Assembly (NCBI GenBank): GCA_963827655.1
Contig: CAWHCF010000041.1
Location: 167,918-231,917, forward strand
Length of the DNA: 64,000 nt
Source: an uncultured Acidobacteriota bacterium
GTDB taxonomy: Bacteria > Acidobacteriota > UBA6911
Direction: 5' to 3'
Below are positions 61,290 to 64,000 of this stretch, piece after piece (the first letter of the stretch is position 1; each line of letters opens with the position of its first letter). The translations under genes and the position numbers were made by a program. The notes beneath the pieces are model-generated. The model was not told where the DNA came from. It worked only from the letters and a program-made list of their open reading frames with translations, and ran no database searches.

Positions 61290-63566
61290 GCCGCCCGAAT
61301 GTTTTTGTCAGCTACAGCCACAAGAACAGTCGTGCGCTCAAGAGCCTGCTCCCGTATCTGGACACGCTGAAGCGAGCCAACTTCGTGGACGTGTGGACCG
61401 ACAGACAGTTGCGCGGCGGGCAGCGCTGGCGCGAGGAAATCCGCGCGGCACTCGCCGCCGCGGGACGTTGCCGTCCTTCTCATCTCCCAGGAGTTTCTGA
61501 CGTCGACGTTCGTCTACGAAGAAGAGCTGCCGAGCATCCTGGAGCGGCAGACGAACGGCACGCTCACGGTCCTGCCGGTGTACGTCAGTCCCTCGACGGT
61601 GACGTCTGAGGAGGTTGTCTTTCTGGACGCGAGGGGACGCGAACAGCGCATCCTGCTGAGCGACACCCAGGGCTTTGGCACGCCGCAACGGACACTGAGC
61701 GAGCTCGATCTGCCGGAACGCCAGCGCGCGTTCGTGGACCTCCACGACCGGATTCGCGGCCTGGCCACCACACGACAGACACCATTGACGCCTGCGGCCG
61801 GCGTCCGCCGTGCGGCGGCGGCGCACGCGAGCACCGACCACCGCCCGCACATTCATCATTCTCCGTTCCCGCGCAATCGGAACTTCAGCGGACGTGAGGC
61901 GTACCTGCGCCAGCTGCACGAAGAGTTGACCAGCGGCAGACCAGATGCCGGAACGCAGGCGCTGACCGGGCTCGGTGGAATCGGCAAGACACAGATCGCC
62001 TTGGAGTACAGCTACCGCTACGGGGCGGAGTACGACATCTTGTGGTGGGTCCGCTCGGAGTACGTGGACACTTGCCTGGAAGACGTCCGAGGACTGGGCG
62101 CGGCATTGGGCGTCGAGGGCAGGAGCAATGCGAAACAGGCGGCGGCCGCGGGCCCGTCAAGCAGCTGAACAGCCTCGACGACTCGGCCTCTTGCCTTTGA
62201 CAACACCGAACATCCGGACGTCATTCGAGAGCTGCTTCCCAAATCTAGCCGCGGCCACGTCATCATCACCTCACGCTATCCCGCATGGGGCGCGGTGGCC
62301 CGCGTCCTCCGAATGGGCGTGTGGCAGCCGAAGGAGGCGGCCGCCTACCTGGAACGCCGCACTGGCCTCGCCATCTCAAGAGTGGCGGTCGACACGGCGG
62401 TCGCCGTCGGGCACCTGCCACTCGCGCTCGCTCAAGTCGCTGCATACGTCGAGGAAACCGGGGCCGGGTTCGAACGCTACCTCGATCTGCTCCAGAAGCC
62501 ACCCCGCAGAAACACTCGGGTGGCAGGTCAATGCATCGGAAGCGAAGAAGTCGGTTGCGACGGTGTGGGACATTGCTCTGGAACGCGTCGGGGCGTCGGA
62601 GCCGGCGGGCTGTTGACCTGCTGAACCTGTTTGCGTTCCTCCCGTCGGATGGGATCTTGCGCTCGCTGCTCGTGCAGCAAGCGGATCGGCTGCCTTCACC
62701 GCTGCGGGGCACGGTCCGCAATCAGCTGGCGCTCGACGCCGCCATCGCTGCCCTGCGGCGTTACTCGCTGGTCGACACGACGCCGGACGGGTTCATCGTG
62801 CATCGGCTTGTCCAAGTCGGTGGTTCAGGCACGTCTGGACGGCACGCGCCGCGCGGTGTTCTACGACGCCGCCACCGATTTGATGGGAAAGGATCCTGAG
62901 CTCGGCGTGCCAGCTTCTGCATCGACCTCCACGCCATCGCAGGCGCCCCCCGTACAACACAAGAAACGCCGAGCCGCCGAAGATGCACCTCTGGAGCCTT
63001 CGCGGTTGTGGACGGATCGCACGATACCGTACGTGCTTTCCTCGGGTCTCACCGAGTTCGACATCACCCTCGTGCGCCAGGCAATCGCGCCATTTCGAAG
63101 AGAAGACCGTCCTGCGTTTCACGCCGCTCGACAAGCCGGATGTGGAGGAAGGCGCCAATGACGTGGCGATCGTCAAAGGCCACGGCGACTTGTCAGCCGT
63201 TGGCATGCGGGGCGGACCGCAACGGCTGACGATCGGCAGTGCCAACCTGGGGAACGTCATCCATTCGTTCGGTCATACCGTCGGACTTGGGCACGAACAA
63301 CCGCCGGGCCGATCGCGACCGGTACGTGACGATCGTCTGGGAAAACATCGACCCCGGATTCCGGCACAACTTCATGATTCACCTGTCTGGTCACGAACTC
63401 ATACGCCCGTACGATCACGGCTCGATCATGCATGATGGACGGCACGCATTCAGCGCCAACGGACGGCCAACGATCATCCCCAAGGAAGATATCCACATCG
63501 GCCAGCGTTCGGGGACTGAGCGAGGGAGACGTGTTTCTTATCAACGCGCTCTACGGCGCGGGGTGA
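61286..63566 (+). CDS. TIR - NB-ARC (STAND) - astacin-like domain fusion protein; several indels
   Basis: VFVSYSHK...W-D--L-GG--W-EEI...LLISQEFLTS-F---EEL; RN-NFSGRE, GLGGIGKTQIALEY, FDN, IITSR, GHLPLALAQ, VHRLVQ; then LW----IPY, HSFGHTVGLGHEQ-R-DRD-YV-I-WENI, YDHGSIMH, IGQR-GLS-GD. Confidence 0.8.
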
Positions 63567-64000
63567 GCGTGGTCCTGTGGCAGAATCGTCGGACTGAATC
63601 CATAACCGTTTGATCCCTGGAAGGAAGTCATGAAGACGGACGTTCCACATGCAAGTCGCCCAGGTAGGTTATTGGGGGCTTCCGTCGTCAAGTGTTGCTG
63701 GAATGGACGTAAAACTCTATGTGGCATGAAATTACAGGCGAATTTGACTTCAGCAGTTCTAATCTGGGTTAAATTGGACATAAATGTTTTCGACACAATT
63801 AGATGGGACTAAGCCAACAACAGCAGATTGCGGAAGCACTGAGAGTTGGAATGCGGCTCCCAGGGACAAGCCAACGAACTCACGCCGATTCATGAGCGGC
63901 CTTCCACCTCAGGGATTTTGGGACTATTCCGCCCTCGTTAGAGCGTGCCCGGTTTGGACGTTGAGCAACACTGTATCAGAACTGTACCTTCAGAGCGAAT

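Noticed and set aside
15050-63566. Many frameshifts read as pseudogenes or programmed frameshifting (chrB, ABC genes, ADOP, hydrolase, ybeY, HD protein, integrase, TIR-NB-ARC)
   Set aside because: They are mostly single-base indels in short G/C runs, occur in housekeeping genes too, and come with almost no in-frame stops; long-read consensus error is the simpler explanation.
63567-64000. Short ORFs at the window end
   Set aside because: No motifs, SD or convincing coding signal; cannot be assigned.

Overview
Bacterial chromosome segment, most likely Acidobacteriota (inferred from the rplM-rpsI-rpsB-tsf-pyrH-frr gene order and an ADOP-type permease). Core blocks: argH 3' end, speA, efp, the translation operon, pilMNOPQ, M24 peptidase-accB-accC-thiE, ribD, hydA, the HD-hydrolase/ybeY/hlyC cluster, etfBA and DUF177-rpmF-plsX-fabD-acpP-fabF. 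Accessory blocks: a ChrB-led transport module (about 14.2-24.6 kb), a Tat-exported hydrolase, a Tat-type DegT aminotransferase, a primase-polymerase/LigC pair, and a mobile/defence-like region around tRNA-Arg(CCT) (about 55.7-64 kb). That last region has two converging tyrosine integrases, a TIR-Lcl(DUF1566) gene and a TIR-NB-ARC gene whose C-terminal sensor position holds an apparently inactive astacin domain. Non-coding features: a roughly 320-bp inverted-repeat element carrying only a GIY-YIG nuclease, two copies of a 233-bp MITE, several families of paired inverted short tandem repeats, and a roughly 370-nt candidate structured RNA with its own promoter. Many genes, including housekeeping ones, have single-base indels in short homopolymers, so most frameshifts are probably long-read errors. 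All family assignments come from motif recognition by eye, not database searches.
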